Shown piece after piece: positions 1-9,727 of a stretch of 58,479 nucleotides of DNA. Source of the DNA: Planctomycetota bacterium. Lineage in GTDB: Bacteria; Planctomycetota; Planctomycetia; Pirellulales; Thermoguttaceae. A program made the translations under genes and the position numbers. How positions within the stretch are numbered: position 1 is the stretch's first letter; each line of letters opens with the position of its first letter. The DNA lies in assembly GCA_037147235.1 (NCBI GenBank), contig JBAWVO010000001.1:1-58479 (forward strand). The letters run 5' to 3'. The notes beneath the pieces are model-generated. The model was not told the origin of the DNA, did no database searches, and saw only the letters and a list, made by a program, of their open reading frames with translations.

Positions 1-1326
1 GGATGGGAAGAGGGAGGAGTGAGGCTGGGGAATATCCGAAACCAATTCAACGGACGAAGAACCAAGGCTCGAAACCGGTTCAGCAATTCCGATTTCCGAT
101 TCCGGATTTATTTCGGTTTTCGACATTCGGATTTCGGATTTCTCTTCGCTCTCTGCTCCCTGCTCTCTGCTTTTCCCCGGCTTGGGTCCAAGAAATTGAA
201 AATACGTACATTCAATCCGCCCGTTGTACAGTTTCCGCCGCCGCGTGGCCGATTGGCCGATGACCGCTTCAAAATCAGGCAGCGCGGTGAGGATATAGAA
301 CGACCACGTTTTCAAACTGCGGAAGATATCGGGCATGGCACGGTGCAGTGCCAGGGCCTCCGCCGATCGGCCCAGCCGCTCGCCGTAGGGCGGGTTGCAA
401 ATCACGCAGCCGTACGACCGCTTACTGGAAAGCTCGGTGAAGGTTTTCTGCTGAAAGTGGATGTCGTCGGCCACGCCGGCCTTTTCGGCATGAAAGCGAG
501 CTAAACTCAGAACACCTTCATCAACGTCGGTACCGATGATACGCGACGGAAGATCGGGCTTGGCCGCATCACGGGCCTGTTGCCGAGCGGCTTCCCACAA
601 CGACGACGGCAGGCGTGGCCAAGCCTCGGACGCATAGGTTCGGCCAAGCCCGGGTGCCATGTTGCGGCCGATCATCGCGGCCTCGATCGGGATCGTACCG
701 GAGCCGCAGAAGGGATCAATCAACGGCCGCTCGGGCCGCCAGACGCTCAAAAGGATCAACGCCGCAGCCAAGGTTTCCTTGAGCGGTGCTTTGCTTATCA
801 GCGGCCGGTAGCCCCGTTTGTGCAGTCCCGGGCCGCTGGTGTCGAGGGTCAGCATGGCCTGGTCGTTGAGCAGGGCCACTTCGATGGAATATTTTGGGCC
901 TGTCTCCACGAACCACTCGACCTGATAGGCTGCCTTGAGTCGCTCGACGATCGCCTTCTTCACGATTTTCTGACAGGCTGGCACGCTGGAAAGCTGTGAT
1001 TTGACCGACCGGCCCGACACGGGGAACTCGGCTTCGACGGCAAGCCAGTCTTCCCAAGGTAGTGCGCGGGTGCGATCGAAAAGCTGGCCGAAATCGCGGG
1101 CTTCAAAAGTGTCTAATCGCAACAGAATCCGGTCGGCAGTCCGCAGCCAGAGGTTTGTGCGGCAGATATCGGCCACATCGCCGGCAAAAAGCACCCGCCC
1201 AGGCTGGATGATTTTTGGTTCGTAGCCGAGCCACTGGAGTTCCCGCGCGACGACGGATTCCAGTCCGAATGTGCTGGTAGCGATCAGATCAAGTTTTGCG
1301 AGCGACGAGATTGGGGTCGTGGTCAT
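1..1326 (-). CDS. THUMP-domain class I SAM-dependent RNA methyltransferase (RlmL/YpsC-like); 3' end not defined within window
   Basis: Absent from the supplied ORF track because the frame stays open to nt 1. My translation from the ATG (revcomp of 1324-1326) gives MTTTPISSLAKLDLIATSTFGLESVVARELQWLGYEPK... SAM motif I is LIDPFCGSGTIPIEAA and motif IV is VICNPPYGERLG. The family-like sequence ends near YFQFLGPKP (about nt 200). The remaining codons run through simple repeats, so the true stop is uncertain. Confidence 0.8.
   Translation of the reverse strand, partial: MTTTPISSLAKLDLIATSTFGLESVVARELQWLGYEPKIIQPGRVLFAGDVADICRTNLWLRTADRILLRLDTFEARDFGQLFDRTRALPWEDWLAVEAEFPVSGRSVKSQLSSVPACQKIVKKAIVERLKAAYQVEWFVETGPKYSIEVALLNDQAMLTLDTSGPGLHKRGYRPLISKAPLKETLAAALILLSVWRPERPLIDPFCGSGTIPIEAAMIGRNMAPGLGRTYASEAWPRLPSSLWEAARQQARDAAKPDLPSRIIGTDVDEGVLSLARFHAEKAGVADDIHFQQKTFTELSSKRSYGCVICNPPYGERLGRSAEALALHRAMPDIFRSLKTWSFYILTALPDFEAVIGQSATRRRKLYNGRIECTYFQFLGPKPGKSREQGAESEEKSEIRMSKTEINPESEIGIAEPVSSLGSSSVELVSDIPQPHSSLFPS
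87..143. repeat. Simple TTCCGAT/TTCGGAT-type short repeats
   Basis: ttccgatttccgattccggatttatttcggttttcgacattcggatttcggatttc, seen directly. It lies in the open tail of the methyltransferase frame. Confidence 0.6.
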
Positions 1327-1452
1327 TCGTTCTATTGTAACCTCGTGCAAGAAAACGAAAACGGTTCCTCCGAGTCGGTTCCGTTCAGGATGGGCGAAAC
1401 CGACCCGGAAGAACCAAACCAAACCGGGTATTTCAATCAATCTCAGCGGCGA

Positions 1453-1686
1453 TCAATTCGCCGGGCCGGGCATTGCTCCCATCGGACCAATCGTCGGAGC
1501 ACACGAGGAACAGCCGCTTGAAGGCACACCACCGGTGGCGCAACCGGAATCGCAAGGCGGAGGACAGGTTGGACAGGGCTGGGGCTGCGCCCGCGCGCCG
1601 CGGAACAACCGCGGGAAACACGACGCACAGCCGACCGCCGACACCAACAGAACCAACATCGCCATCACTGTGAACAGCCTACGCAT
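1453..1686 (-). CDS. Small Cys/Pro-rich putative lipoprotein
   Basis: 77-aa ORF. MRRLFTVMAMLVLLVSAVGC looks like a signal peptide with a lipobox-like cysteine. The mature part is CPTCPPPCDSGC-rich. It is short and I recognise no homolog. Confidence 0.4.
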   Translation of the reverse strand: MRRLFTVMAMLVLLVSAVGCASCFPRLFRGARAQPQPCPTCPPPCDSGCATGGVPSSGCSSCAPTIGPMGAMPGPAN

Positions 1687-1971
1687 GATTTGCTCCCTTG
1701 AATACTGCCAGCGGTTAGAAACGATACGAACCTTTCCTGAAGGCTACGGTTGGCATCACTTCAACCCACGCAAACGATATAACGACTCGCCGCCTCTACG
1801 GCATATCTTCAGCATAACTCTACACCAAGATTGATGGTGTGCAACTTGGACGCAGTTGTTTTTTGGAAACATGGGGTATTGCATTTTTCCACCACGTGCC
1901 TAAATATAAGTTACACTTAGGTAAAGATTTCTTTCCAGGAAAAGAATGCCACTCGCATCAAAAGTGCCGCC

Positions 1972-2985
1972 ATGCCCCACCTTTCGTCTGCTATAGTTAA
2001 AACCCTCGTCTGGTCTTCTCTCCTTGCCAATGTTTCGGTTTTCGCGATTGCGGCGGAAATATCGCCCGCGACTGCTCCCGTCACCCAGGTCTGGCTGCTC
2101 AACACCCGCAGTACTCCCGGCTGTGGCGATTTGGAGGCAGGTCTGTCAAAGATCACCTACTCGCGACTCGACGAATCGTGCGGCGGCGGCCATTGGCAAC
2201 CGTCCGATGCGGCCGTGTTTCAAGCTTCCGCCCTCCCCAACGTGCCGACGATCGTTCTTATCCACGGCAACGGGTCCGACGAGGACTGGGCCGTGCGGCA
2301 TGGCAACGAGTTGTATGGTTTGATGAAGCAACGTGCCAGCGGCTGCCCTTTCCGCCTGATTGTCTGGTCGTGGCTCGCGGATCGCGAACTAAGGCGAATT
2401 CGCCTCGACGTGCAGATTAAGGTCCGTCGGAGCGACGTGGAGGCATATTATCTGGCCCGGGTACTCCCTAACCTGCCCAAAGGCACGCCGCTGAGCCTGG
2501 TTGGCTATAGCTTGGGATGCCGAACGGCCAGCGGGGCCTTGCATTTGTTGGCCGGAGGATCCGTGGCCGGCCGCAAACTCTCATCTGAAGTCTTGTCCGC
2601 TTGGAATCAGGGTGGACTTCGGCCCATTCGCGTGATGATGGTCGCCGCTGCCATGGACGCCAACTGGCTGGAACCGTGTGGTCCCCGTGGCTTGGCTCCC
2701 TTGGCCGTTGAGCGTATTTTGGTCGTGAAGAACGGCTCTGATCGTGTCATGAAGTTGTATACGCGCCTATATGGCCGCCATGGCCCGGAGGCCCTGGGTC
2801 ATGTCGGACCGACGGGTACGGCAGGGGGTAAGCTCGAAGTAGTCGATGTCTCCTGCGAGGTCGGCCGAAAGCACGATTTCGACCGCTATCAAGAGTCGTT
2901 GCCTGTCTATCAGCGTCTGGCCTGGTATACCTTTCTCCGCGACCCGCCCGCCACGGCCGAAAAATTGAGTTTGGCTGCCAAATAG
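1972..2985 (+). CDS. Alpha/beta hydrolase, DUF900-like esterase family
   Basis: 337 aa with an N-terminal hydrophobic signal-like segment. It has IVLIHGNGSDEDWA and the nucleophile-elbow motif VGYSLGCR (GxSxG), laid out as in DUF900 hydrolases. Confidence 0.7.
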   Translation: MPHLSSAIVKTLVWSSLLANVSVFAIAAEISPATAPVTQVWLLNTRSTPGCGDLEAGLSKITYSRLDESCGGGHWQPSDAAVFQASALPNVPTIVLIHGNGSDEDWAVRHGNELYGLMKQRASGCPFRLIVWSWLADRELRRIRLDVQIKVRRSDVEAYYLARVLPNLPKGTPLSLVGYSLGCRTASGALHLLAGGSVAGRKLSSEVLSAWNQGGLRPIRVMMVAAAMDANWLEPCGPRGLAPLAVERILVVKNGSDRVMKLYTRLYGRHGPEALGHVGPTGTAGGKLEVVDVSCEVGRKHDFDRYQESLPVYQRLAWYTFLRDPPATAEKLSLAAK

Positions 2986-3050
2986 TCGTCCGGTTCGCTA
3001 GCGATTATAATAGAGGGGGGGTAGTCCCACCAAAACGCTGCTGCCGGGAC

Positions 3051-3100
3051 TCGCTTAGTCTCGGTCCACCCTACTTCGCTTAGTCTCGGTCCACCCTACT
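3051..3100 (+). repeat. Perfect 25-bp tandem duplication in the 5' leader of the 3112 gene
   Basis: tcgcttagtctcggtccaccctact occurs at 3051-3075 and again at 3076-3100, ending 11 nt before the ATG at 3112. A TATAAT hexamer lies at 3006-3011. Confidence 0.85.
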
Positions 3101-3111
3101 GAAAGTAAACC

Positions 3112-4377
3112 ATGCTAACTCCCTTTCTTGTCATCAGTTGCCTGCTCGTCGGCGAACCGCCAAGCGATTCGGGCTTGAAAACCGAGGTTCTCAAGCTCGT
3201 GCGGAATCTCGATGCAGATACGCAGGACGAACGTAAGGCGGCAGAAAAACGCTTGCTCGAACTCGGGCCAACGGTACTCGACTATCTTCCGACGCCTGAG
3301 TCTCAGCCGAACGATAACCTTGCCAATGGCATCCGGCGGATCCGTCAGCAACTGCAAAAGACCGAGGCCACCGCGAGCGTCGAATCATCAACCGTAACGC
3401 TGCATGGACGGTTGAAAGTCTCCAAAGTGCTCGCCGAGATCCAAAAACAGACGGGCAACAGGATCGCCGACCTGTCGCGGCCTACTGAAGCCTTGATCCC
3501 CGATCCAGAAATCGCGGTCAATTTCGACAAGACGCCGTTCTGGACCGCGCTGGACTTGGTACTGGATCAGGCCCAGTTGTCGATCTATCCCTACGGCCAG
3601 CCAGGCGCGTTACAAATCGTGCCTTGCGGGCTGCACAATCTTCCGCGAACCGGTCGGGCCGCGATCCAAGGGCCAATGCGGATCGAGCCGGTTTCGGTGC
3701 TAGCCCATCGCGAATTGCGAAGTTCGTCGCCCCCGGCGTTGCAGCTCTTCCTCGAAGTGGCCTGGGAGCCGCGGCTGCAACCGATTGCCATCAAACAGCG
3801 AATGGCCGACCTCAAAATCCTGGATTCCAGCGGGGGCAGCGTGGTCGCCGATAATCCCGAGGCGGAAAAAGAGGCGTTCCCCCGGCTAGGCAGCTCAGCC
3901 GTGGAAATGGACATTGGCCTGGCCATGCCCGCGCAGCCACTGAAAGAAATTACCTCGCTGAAAGGCTCTTTCCGGGTGATGATGCTGGGCAAGGTTGAAA
4001 CTTTCCGATTCGCTAATCTGCTCAATGGCAAGCAGGAAAAACGGATCGCCGCGGCCACGGTCACGCTCGAGGAAGTCCGCAAAAACGGCAGTACCTGGGA
4101 GGTCTTCGTCCGGCTCCGTTTCGACGATGCCAACGACGCCCTGGAATCGCACCGCAATTGGGTCTTGCAGAACGAAGCCTATCTCGAAGACGCCAACGGC
4201 AAGCCGATCCAGCCCGACTCGATGGAAACCACCCGGCGGACCAAAAACGAGATCGGCGTCGGCTATGTCTTCGCCATGCCCGATTTGCCGAAAAATCTTG
4301 CCTTCGTTTACAAAACCCCGGGAATGGTGTTGGCCAAGGATTTTCCCTATGAGGTGCGGGGGGTGAAGCTTCCGTAG
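3112..4377 (+). CDS. Hypothetical secreted protein
   Basis: 421-aa ORF with a hydrophobic N-terminus (MLTPFLVISCLLVG) and normal amino-acid composition. The overlapping ORFs are all short and Arg/Ser-rich shadows. I recognise no family. Confidence 0.7.
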   Translation: MLTPFLVISCLLVGEPPSDSGLKTEVLKLVRNLDADTQDERKAAEKRLLELGPTVLDYLPTPESQPNDNLANGIRRIRQQLQKTEATASVESSTVTLHGRLKVSKVLAEIQKQTGNRIADLSRPTEALIPDPEIAVNFDKTPFWTALDLVLDQAQLSIYPYGQPGALQIVPCGLHNLPRTGRAAIQGPMRIEPVSVLAHRELRSSSPPALQLFLEVAWEPRLQPIAIKQRMADLKILDSSGGSVVADNPEAEKEAFPRLGSSAVEMDIGLAMPAQPLKEITSLKGSFRVMMLGKVETFRFANLLNGKQEKRIAAATVTLEEVRKNGSTWEVFVRLRFDDANDALESHRNWVLQNEAYLEDANGKPIQPDSMETTRRTKNEIGVGYVFAMPDLPKNLAFVYKTPGMVLAKDFPYEVRGVKLP

Positions 4378-4410
4378 GGGAAAATACGAAATACGAATGT
4401 CTTCCCGGTA

Positions 4411-4974
4411 TCAAGCCCCCTTTGCGTCGCCACAACCCATTGGAGGGCAACTCCCCAAAAAATATCTTCCGAGGTGGATTTTCGGATCGACGATCACTCC
4501 GCTACGCCGCTTGGCATCGAGCCAGGGATCGAGTTCGGCCAGCGGAATGGCATGGACCTCGATGTTCTCCTGGGCATCGCCGCCACCGGGGCCGGTCTGC
4601 TTCACGCCGCGCACAACGAAGAGCGAGTAAACTTCCGTGGTCAGCCCGGGTGACGCGGGACCACTCACGGCAAAATGCCAGTCGCTCCCCTCGTAGCCGG
4701 TCTCCTCGAACAGTTCGCGGCGTGCAGCGTCGATCAACGCCTCGCCGGCCGTACCGGGGTCGTCGCCAACCAACCCGGCGGGCAGGTCCAGTACGCGGCA
4801 CTGCATGGGAATACGGTATTGCTCGACGAGGACGAGACGCTCATCCGCAGTCACCGCGGCAATCACGGCGGCACCGGTGGCGTTCACGCGTTCGACCCAT
4901 TCCCAGCCGGATTGGGCCACAAGACGCAGGTGTTTTCCTTCCGCCAGCAGGCGGCGTTCATTGATTAGGCTCAT
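4411..4974 (-). CDS. NUDIX hydrolase (ADP-ribose pyrophosphatase-like)
   Basis: Nudix box GLVGDDPGTAGEALIDAARRELFEETGYEG (GX5EX7REUXEEXGU pattern); 187 aa. Confidence 0.85.
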   Translation of the reverse strand: MSLINERRLLAEGKHLRLVAQSGWEWVERVNATGAAVIAAVTADERLVLVEQYRIPMQCRVLDLPAGLVGDDPGTAGEALIDAARRELFEETGYEGSDWHFAVSGPASPGLTTEVYSLFVVRGVKQTGPGGGDAQENIEVHAIPLAELDPWLDAKRRSGVIVDPKIHLGRYFLGSCPPMGCGDAKGA

Positions 4975-5159
4975 GGTGTATTAGCTTAGGGTAAGTTGCC
5001 AAAATCGGCAAGCCGGAGTAGAGAAATTGTCTCTTCCGGGAGCAGATGATATAATGGGCAGTAATCGAAACAACCTTGCGCGATTCTGGGCGGTGCCCGA
5101 CAGCGCACAAGCCTTTGGCTTCCGGCGAACGGCACACGGGGTGTGCTGCTACTTTGACT

Positions 5160-5888
5160 ATGGACGACGAAAAGTTGGATGTGATCGCGGTCGGGGCCCA
5201 TCCCGACGACGTGGAAATCGCCTGCGGCGGCACGCTGGCCAAACTGGCCCGGCAGGGCTACCGCGTGGGAATTGTCGATCTTACCGACGGCGAGCCTACG
5301 CCGGCGTCGCCGGGCCCCGAAGTCCGCTTGGCCGAAGCTCGAGCGGCGGCCGAGGTGCTGGGCGTGAAGGTCCGCGTGACGCTCGATCTACCCAACCGCC
5401 GGCTGTTCGACACGTTTGAGGCCCGCGTGGCCCTGGCCAAGCAGTTCCGCAAATATCGGCCACGCCTCGTAATCGGTCTTGGGGCGCGGACGCCGCTGGC
5501 CTCACCCGACCATTGGCAAGCCAGGCAAATCACCGAAGCCGGCGTGTTTTACTCGAAACTGACCAAGTGGGATGAGTACTTCGACAACTACCCGGTCCAT
5601 GTCGTTCCTGCCTTCCTTTACTGTTATCTCTCCTTTCGATCACTGCAACCGACGACCGAGCCGGGTACCATCGTCTTTGATATCAGCGACGTACTGGACA
5701 AGAAGATGGCCGCGATCGCATGTTACAAGACGCAGTTCCCGCCGGGCAAGGCCGAGCACATCAAGCGTTTTCGTGCCTACGCCGAGCAGCAAGGGATGGC
5801 CGCCGGCTTTGAAGCAGGCGAGGTGCTGGCCAGTCCGGCCGCCATCGGCATCCGCGACCTGATGGGATTCTTGTTCGCAGTTGAATAG
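5160..5888 (+). CDS. PIG-L/LmbE family deacetylase (BshB1-like)
   Basis: [29 protein letters not shown] carries the PIG-L AHPDD motif. I prefer the ATG at 5160 over the track start at 5076 because family members begin just before this motif. Confidence 0.85.
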   Translation: MDDEKLDVIAVGAHPDDVEIACGGTLAKLARQGYRVGIVDLTDGEPTPASPGPEVRLAEARAAAEVLGVKVRVTLDLPNRRLFDTFEARVALAKQFRKYRPRLVIGLGARTPLASPDHWQARQITEAGVFYSKLTKWDEYFDNYPVHVVPAFLYCYLSFRSLQPTTEPGTIVFDISDVLDKKMAAIACYKTQFPPGKAEHIKRFRAYAEQQGMAAGFEAGEVLASPAAIGIRDLMGFLFAVE

Positions 5889-6240
5889 CCGCGATAATCG
5901 TGCGTCAGGCTTTCTGCCCCCCCCCGAAAGTGGTATCCTGTTAAGAAACCGTGCCTAAGTCTGGCACGCTGGTGCTGCTGGCGCGTTGCTGGCGGCTTTC
6001 GCCGCTTGGTGGCGGAGAACAAATCGAGACAAGCGGCAGCGGAAAAAGCCTAACGGTTGCGTGTTCACCGAATAAGACTTTGCAGTTCTCCTACTTGGAC
6101 GGCTTGCCAGCCGATTGTTTTGTGGTAGACTTGGAGATAATTACTTCGTGCAGCTATTTTGCTAAAATGGGTAGACATGGGTCATCGCCATTTTAAGGGA
6201 GCAGACTGCGTGGTGATAAGTCGTTACAAATAAACGACTT

Positions 6241-6314
<74 letters not shown>

Positions 6315-6322
6315 CTGATGTA

Positions 6323-6360
6323 AAGAGCCGTAGGTCAATGACTTACGGCTCTTGCTTTTT
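6323..6360 (+). terminator. Rho-independent terminator after tRNA-Asp
   Basis: A 10-bp perfect stem, aagagccgta (6323-6332) with tacggctctt (6344-6353), followed by gcttttt. Confidence 0.6.
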
Positions 6361-7370
6361 CTTGGTGAAGCATGAAACAGAGAGGTCTTGGGGATATTCT
6401 GGGGACAACACTGGGGACAATCGAGGGGTCGCATTGCAGTCGCATTGTGGGGTAGTTCGCGGTATGGCACCTGTTCACAGACGCATCCATGAAGACCATT
6501 GTTCCGGTACTCAACAACAAAACACGACGCCTACACCCTTCTTGTTCCGTGATACGATAGCCGCCCGACCACAGAATGCCGCTGATCGATCGCCTTCAGA
6601 AACGATTTTTCGGTGTGACCCGACAAAGCACCCGTTTCCCAGCGAGCCTTTCAGAATCGACGCCACTGCACCCCAGTGCCTTCGCCCCAAAGGCAGCCAC
6701 CCCTCCGTAGAGATGTAGCCACGGACCGATTTTCGATCCCTTCGGCCACGGCATCCACCCACCCCCGTATGCGAGTCAGGTTATCCCGCCCATCGCAGCA
6801 ACCCAGAGGCTTTTTCACTTGCAGGAAATTGGAAGCCCACCGTAGGCTCTGCCGACAAGGCATTTTGATAGGCCATTTCCGCCCGCAGTGCCATACTCTT
6901 CGGCACTACGCTGTCGCGTTCCACGACAAAGTATTTCGTCAGCCCCCTGTACAGTGTTCCTGGCAGGGCGGGCCCGAGTTCCTCCGATTCGCAGTCCTCG
7001 GGCAAGGCCAGGCCGACGATCAATCGCTTGCTGCTTTTCACCCAGAGCGAGAATCATACCATGAATCGTGGCGGCAATAAAGACCCAATTTGGGTAGGCA
7101 GTGCTAGCAGTGCTTGCAAAAGACAGAATCGGACTTCACGGCCAAGGGACTTTTGGGTATGGTCATCCGTGCTTGCGACAAGGAGAGTGTCAGTCTCAAC
7201 CGCGAGCAGTATACCGGTCGAGCGACAGCCCCCACGATCATGGGCATGCCGTTTACGAATCGCCCTGACCTGTAAGCTAGTCAAGGAAGAGATCCTTATT
7301 TGTGTTCCGCGCGTGGTCTGCAAGAGTCCTCGTCGGTATAATAAATAAGTCGTATGACGAAATTGTTTTT

Positions 7371-7400
7371 TATCAGTTATCAGTTCCTATCAGTATCAGT
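7371..7400 (+). promoter_or_regulatory. Four direct (T)ATCAGT repeats just upstream of the sufB start; candidate operator
   Basis: TATCAGT TATCAGT tcc TATCAGT ATCAGT spans 7371-7400 and ends 4 nt before the ATG at 7405. A TATAAT hexamer lies at 7337-7342. A regulatory role is inferred. Confidence 0.35.
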
Positions 7401-7404
7401 TGAC

Positions 7405-8853
7405 ATGACGACTGCTACCAGCACGATTCAAGAACTGGCCAATCGCGAATACAAGGACGGCTTCTATACCGACATTGAGGCCGACATGCTGCCGCGCGGC
7501 CTGAACGAAGAAATCGTTCGCGCCATCTCCGCCAAAAAAGACGAGCCGGACTTCCTGCTCGAATGGCGTTTGAAGGCCTATCGGCACTGGCTGACCATGA
7601 CCGAGCCGAAATGGCCCAACGTGCATTATCCGCCGATCAACTTCCAGGAGATCATTTACTACTCGGCGCCCAAGCCGAAGAAGAAGCTCGGCAGCATGGA
7701 GGAGGTCGATCCCGAGCTGCGGGCGACCTTCGAGAAACTGGGTATCTCGCTGGCCGAACAGCAGCGATTGAGCGGTGTCGCCGTGGACGCGGTCTTCGAC
7801 AGCGTCTCGGTGGCCACTACCTTCAAGGAGAAGCTGGGCGAGCTGGGCATTATCTTCTGCTCTTTCTCCGAGGCGGTGCAAAAACATCCCGAGCTGATCA
7901 AGAAGCACCTGGGTTCGGTCGTGCCCGCCAAAGATAACTTCTACGCAGCCCTGAACGCAGCGGTCTTCAGCGACGGGTCCTTCTGCTACATCCCCAAGGG
8001 GGTGCGCTGCCCCATGGAGCTGTCCACCTACTTCCGCATCAATTCCGCGGAGACCGGCCAGTTCGAGCGGACGCTGATCGTCGCCGAGGAAGGCGCCTAT
8101 GTCAGCTACCTCGAAGGTTGCACGGCCCCCATGCGCGACACCAATCAATTGCACGCCGCCGTCGTCGAGTTGGTCGCCGTCGGTGAAAACTCGCAGATCA
8201 AGTACTCGACGGTGCAGAACTGGTATCCTGGCGACAAGGAGGGCAAGGGCGGCATCTACAATTTCGTCACCAAACGCGGTGCTTGCCGGGGCTGGAACTC
8301 GAAGATCTCCTGGACCCAGGTCGAGACCGGTTCGGCCATCACCTGGAAGTATCCGAGCGTCATCCTCCAGGGCGACGATTCAGTCGGTGAGTTTTACTCA
8401 GTGGCTCTGACCAACCACTTCCAGCAAGCCGACACCGGCACCAAAATGATCCACATCGGCAAGAACACAAGCAGCACGATCGTGTCGAAGGGCATCTCGG
8501 CCGGCCACGGCCAGAACAGCTACCGCGGCCAGGTGAAGGTCATGAAGGGTGCGGAAAACGCCCGCAACTACTCGCAGTGCGACTCGCTCTTGCTCGGCGA
8601 CCGCTGCGGCGCGCACACCTTCCCCTACCTGGAAGTGCGCAACACCAGCGCCCAGGTCGAGCACGAAGCCTCGACCTCGAAGATCGGCGAGGACCAGATA
8701 TTCTACTGCAAGCAGCGCGGCATCTCGGCCGAAGACGCCGTCAACATGATCGTCAACGGCTTCTGCCGGGAAGTCTTCCGCGAGCTGCCCATGGAGTTCG
8801 CCGTCGAGGCCCAGAAGTTGCTGGGCGTGAGCCTGGAGGGAAGCGTGGGATGA
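7405..8853 (+). CDS. sufB: Fe-S cluster assembly protein SufB
   Basis: [25 protein letters not shown]..., plus the typical SufB core ([48 protein letters not shown]). The track start at 7354 would translate the repeat tract. Confidence 0.95.
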   Translation: MTTATSTIQELANREYKDGFYTDIEADMLPRGLNEEIVRAISAKKDEPDFLLEWRLKAYRHWLTMTEPKWPNVHYPPINFQEIIYYSAPKPKKKLGSMEEVDPELRATFEKLGISLAEQQRLSGVAVDAVFDSVSVATTFKEKLGELGIIFCSFSEAVQKHPELIKKHLGSVVPAKDNFYAALNAAVFSDGSFCYIPKGVRCPMELSTYFRINSAETGQFERTLIVAEEGAYVSYLEGCTAPMRDTNQLHAAVVELVAVGENSQIKYSTVQNWYPGDKEGKGGIYNFVTKRGACRGWNSKISWTQVETGSAITWKYPSVILQGDDSVGEFYSVALTNHFQQADTGTKMIHIGKNTSSTIVSKGISAGHGQNSYRGQVKVMKGAENARNYSQCDSLLLGDRCGAHTFPYLEVRNTSAQVEHEASTSKIGEDQIFYCKQRGISAEDAVNMIVNGFCREVFRELPMEFAVEAQKLLGVSLEGSVG

Positions 8854-8931
8854 ATTTGAAGCATGATTGCCGGAGGCACGGGCGCGTACGGGTTTCAATG
8901 TCTGACAAGGAGCACGGGTAGAAAGAACGTC

Positions 8932-9690
8932 ATGCTGACTATTTTCAACTTGCACGCGCGAGTGGCCGACAAGGAGATATTGCGCGGCGTCAACCTGAAG
9001 GTGAAGGCCGGCGAGGTCCATGCCATCATGGGCAAGAACGGCTCGGGCAAGAGCACGTTGGCCGGCGTTCTGGCCGGTCGCGACGCCTTTGAAGTCACGG
9101 AAGGCGATGTGCTCTTCGAGGACAAGAATCTGCTCGACATGGACCCTGAGGAACGCGCCCGCGAAGGCCTGTTCATGGCCTTCCAGTACCCGGTCGAGAT
9201 CCCCGGCGTCAGCAATTCCTATTTCCTCAAGGCCGCCCTCAACGCCACCCGCAAGCATCGCGGCCTGCCGGAACTCGACGCCATGGAGTTCCTCACCCTC
9301 GTCAAGGAAAAGCTCAAGCTGATCCACATTGATGAGGACTTGCTCAAGCGCCCGGTCAATGAAGGTTTTTCCGGCGGAGAAAAGAAGCGCAACGAGATCT
9401 TCCAGATGGCGGTACTCGAACCGAAGCTCGCCATCCTCGACGAGACCGACTCCGGCCTCGACATCGACACCATCAAGACCGTCGCCGACGGCGTCAACGC
9501 CATGCGCAGCAAGGATCGGGCCATGGTGGTCATCACCCATTACCAGCGGCTATTGAACTTCATCGTGCCCGACAAGGTCCACGTGCTGCTCGACGGCCGC
9601 ATCGTCAAATCGGGCGGCAAGGAACTGGCCCTCGAGCTTGAAAACAAGGGCTACGAGTGGCTCGAAACGGAAGCCCAGGCGACGACGTGA
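8932..9690 (+). CDS. sufC: Fe-S cluster assembly ATPase SufC
   Basis: MLTIFNLHARV..., Walker A GKNGSGKST, signature FSGGEKKRNEI and Walker B LAILDETDSGLD. Confidence 0.95.
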   Translation: MLTIFNLHARVADKEILRGVNLKVKAGEVHAIMGKNGSGKSTLAGVLAGRDAFEVTEGDVLFEDKNLLDMDPEERAREGLFMAFQYPVEIPGVSNSYFLKAALNATRKHRGLPELDAMEFLTLVKEKLKLIHIDEDLLKRPVNEGFSGGEKKRNEIFQMAVLEPKLAILDETDSGLDIDTIKTVADGVNAMRSKDRAMVVITHYQRLLNFIVPDKVHVLLDGRIVKSGGKELALELENKGYEWLETEAQATT

Positions 9691-9727
9691 CATTTTCCAC
9701 GGACGAGGATCGAACGGAACTTTGAGG

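Noticed and set aside
5889-6240. 350-bp ORF-poor region upstream of the tRNA, checked for SRP RNA, RNase P RNA, tmRNA or a tRNA promoter (TTGGAG-18-TATTTT at 6131-6160). A leader hairpin, AAGTCGTT...AACGACTT, lies at 6218-6240.
   Set aside because: I saw no conserved ncRNA signature motifs such as GGAAGCAGC or GAGGAAAGUCC. The promoter hexamers are weak and the hairpin alone is not diagnostic.
7054-7323. Attempt to read the minus-strand ORF next to the tRNA as a tyrosine recombinase or PIN-domain remnant (segments RKRHAHDRGG and TLLVASTDDH).
   Set aside because: The resemblance to HxxR/LLGH or PIN C-terminal motifs is too weak and out of register. It is kept only as an unexplained interrupted ORF in the islet finding.
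7396-8154. Long antisense ORFs opposite recognised genes. Examples are 7396-8154, 8398-9540, 10124-11119, 11635-12324, 46190-47527, 47737-48759, 44958-45764, 51485-52357 and 53292-53933.
   Set aside because: These are typical shadow ORFs of GC-rich coding DNA. They have Arg/Gly/Ala/Asp-rich compositions, no motifs, and each fully overlaps a gene with unambiguous family signatures.
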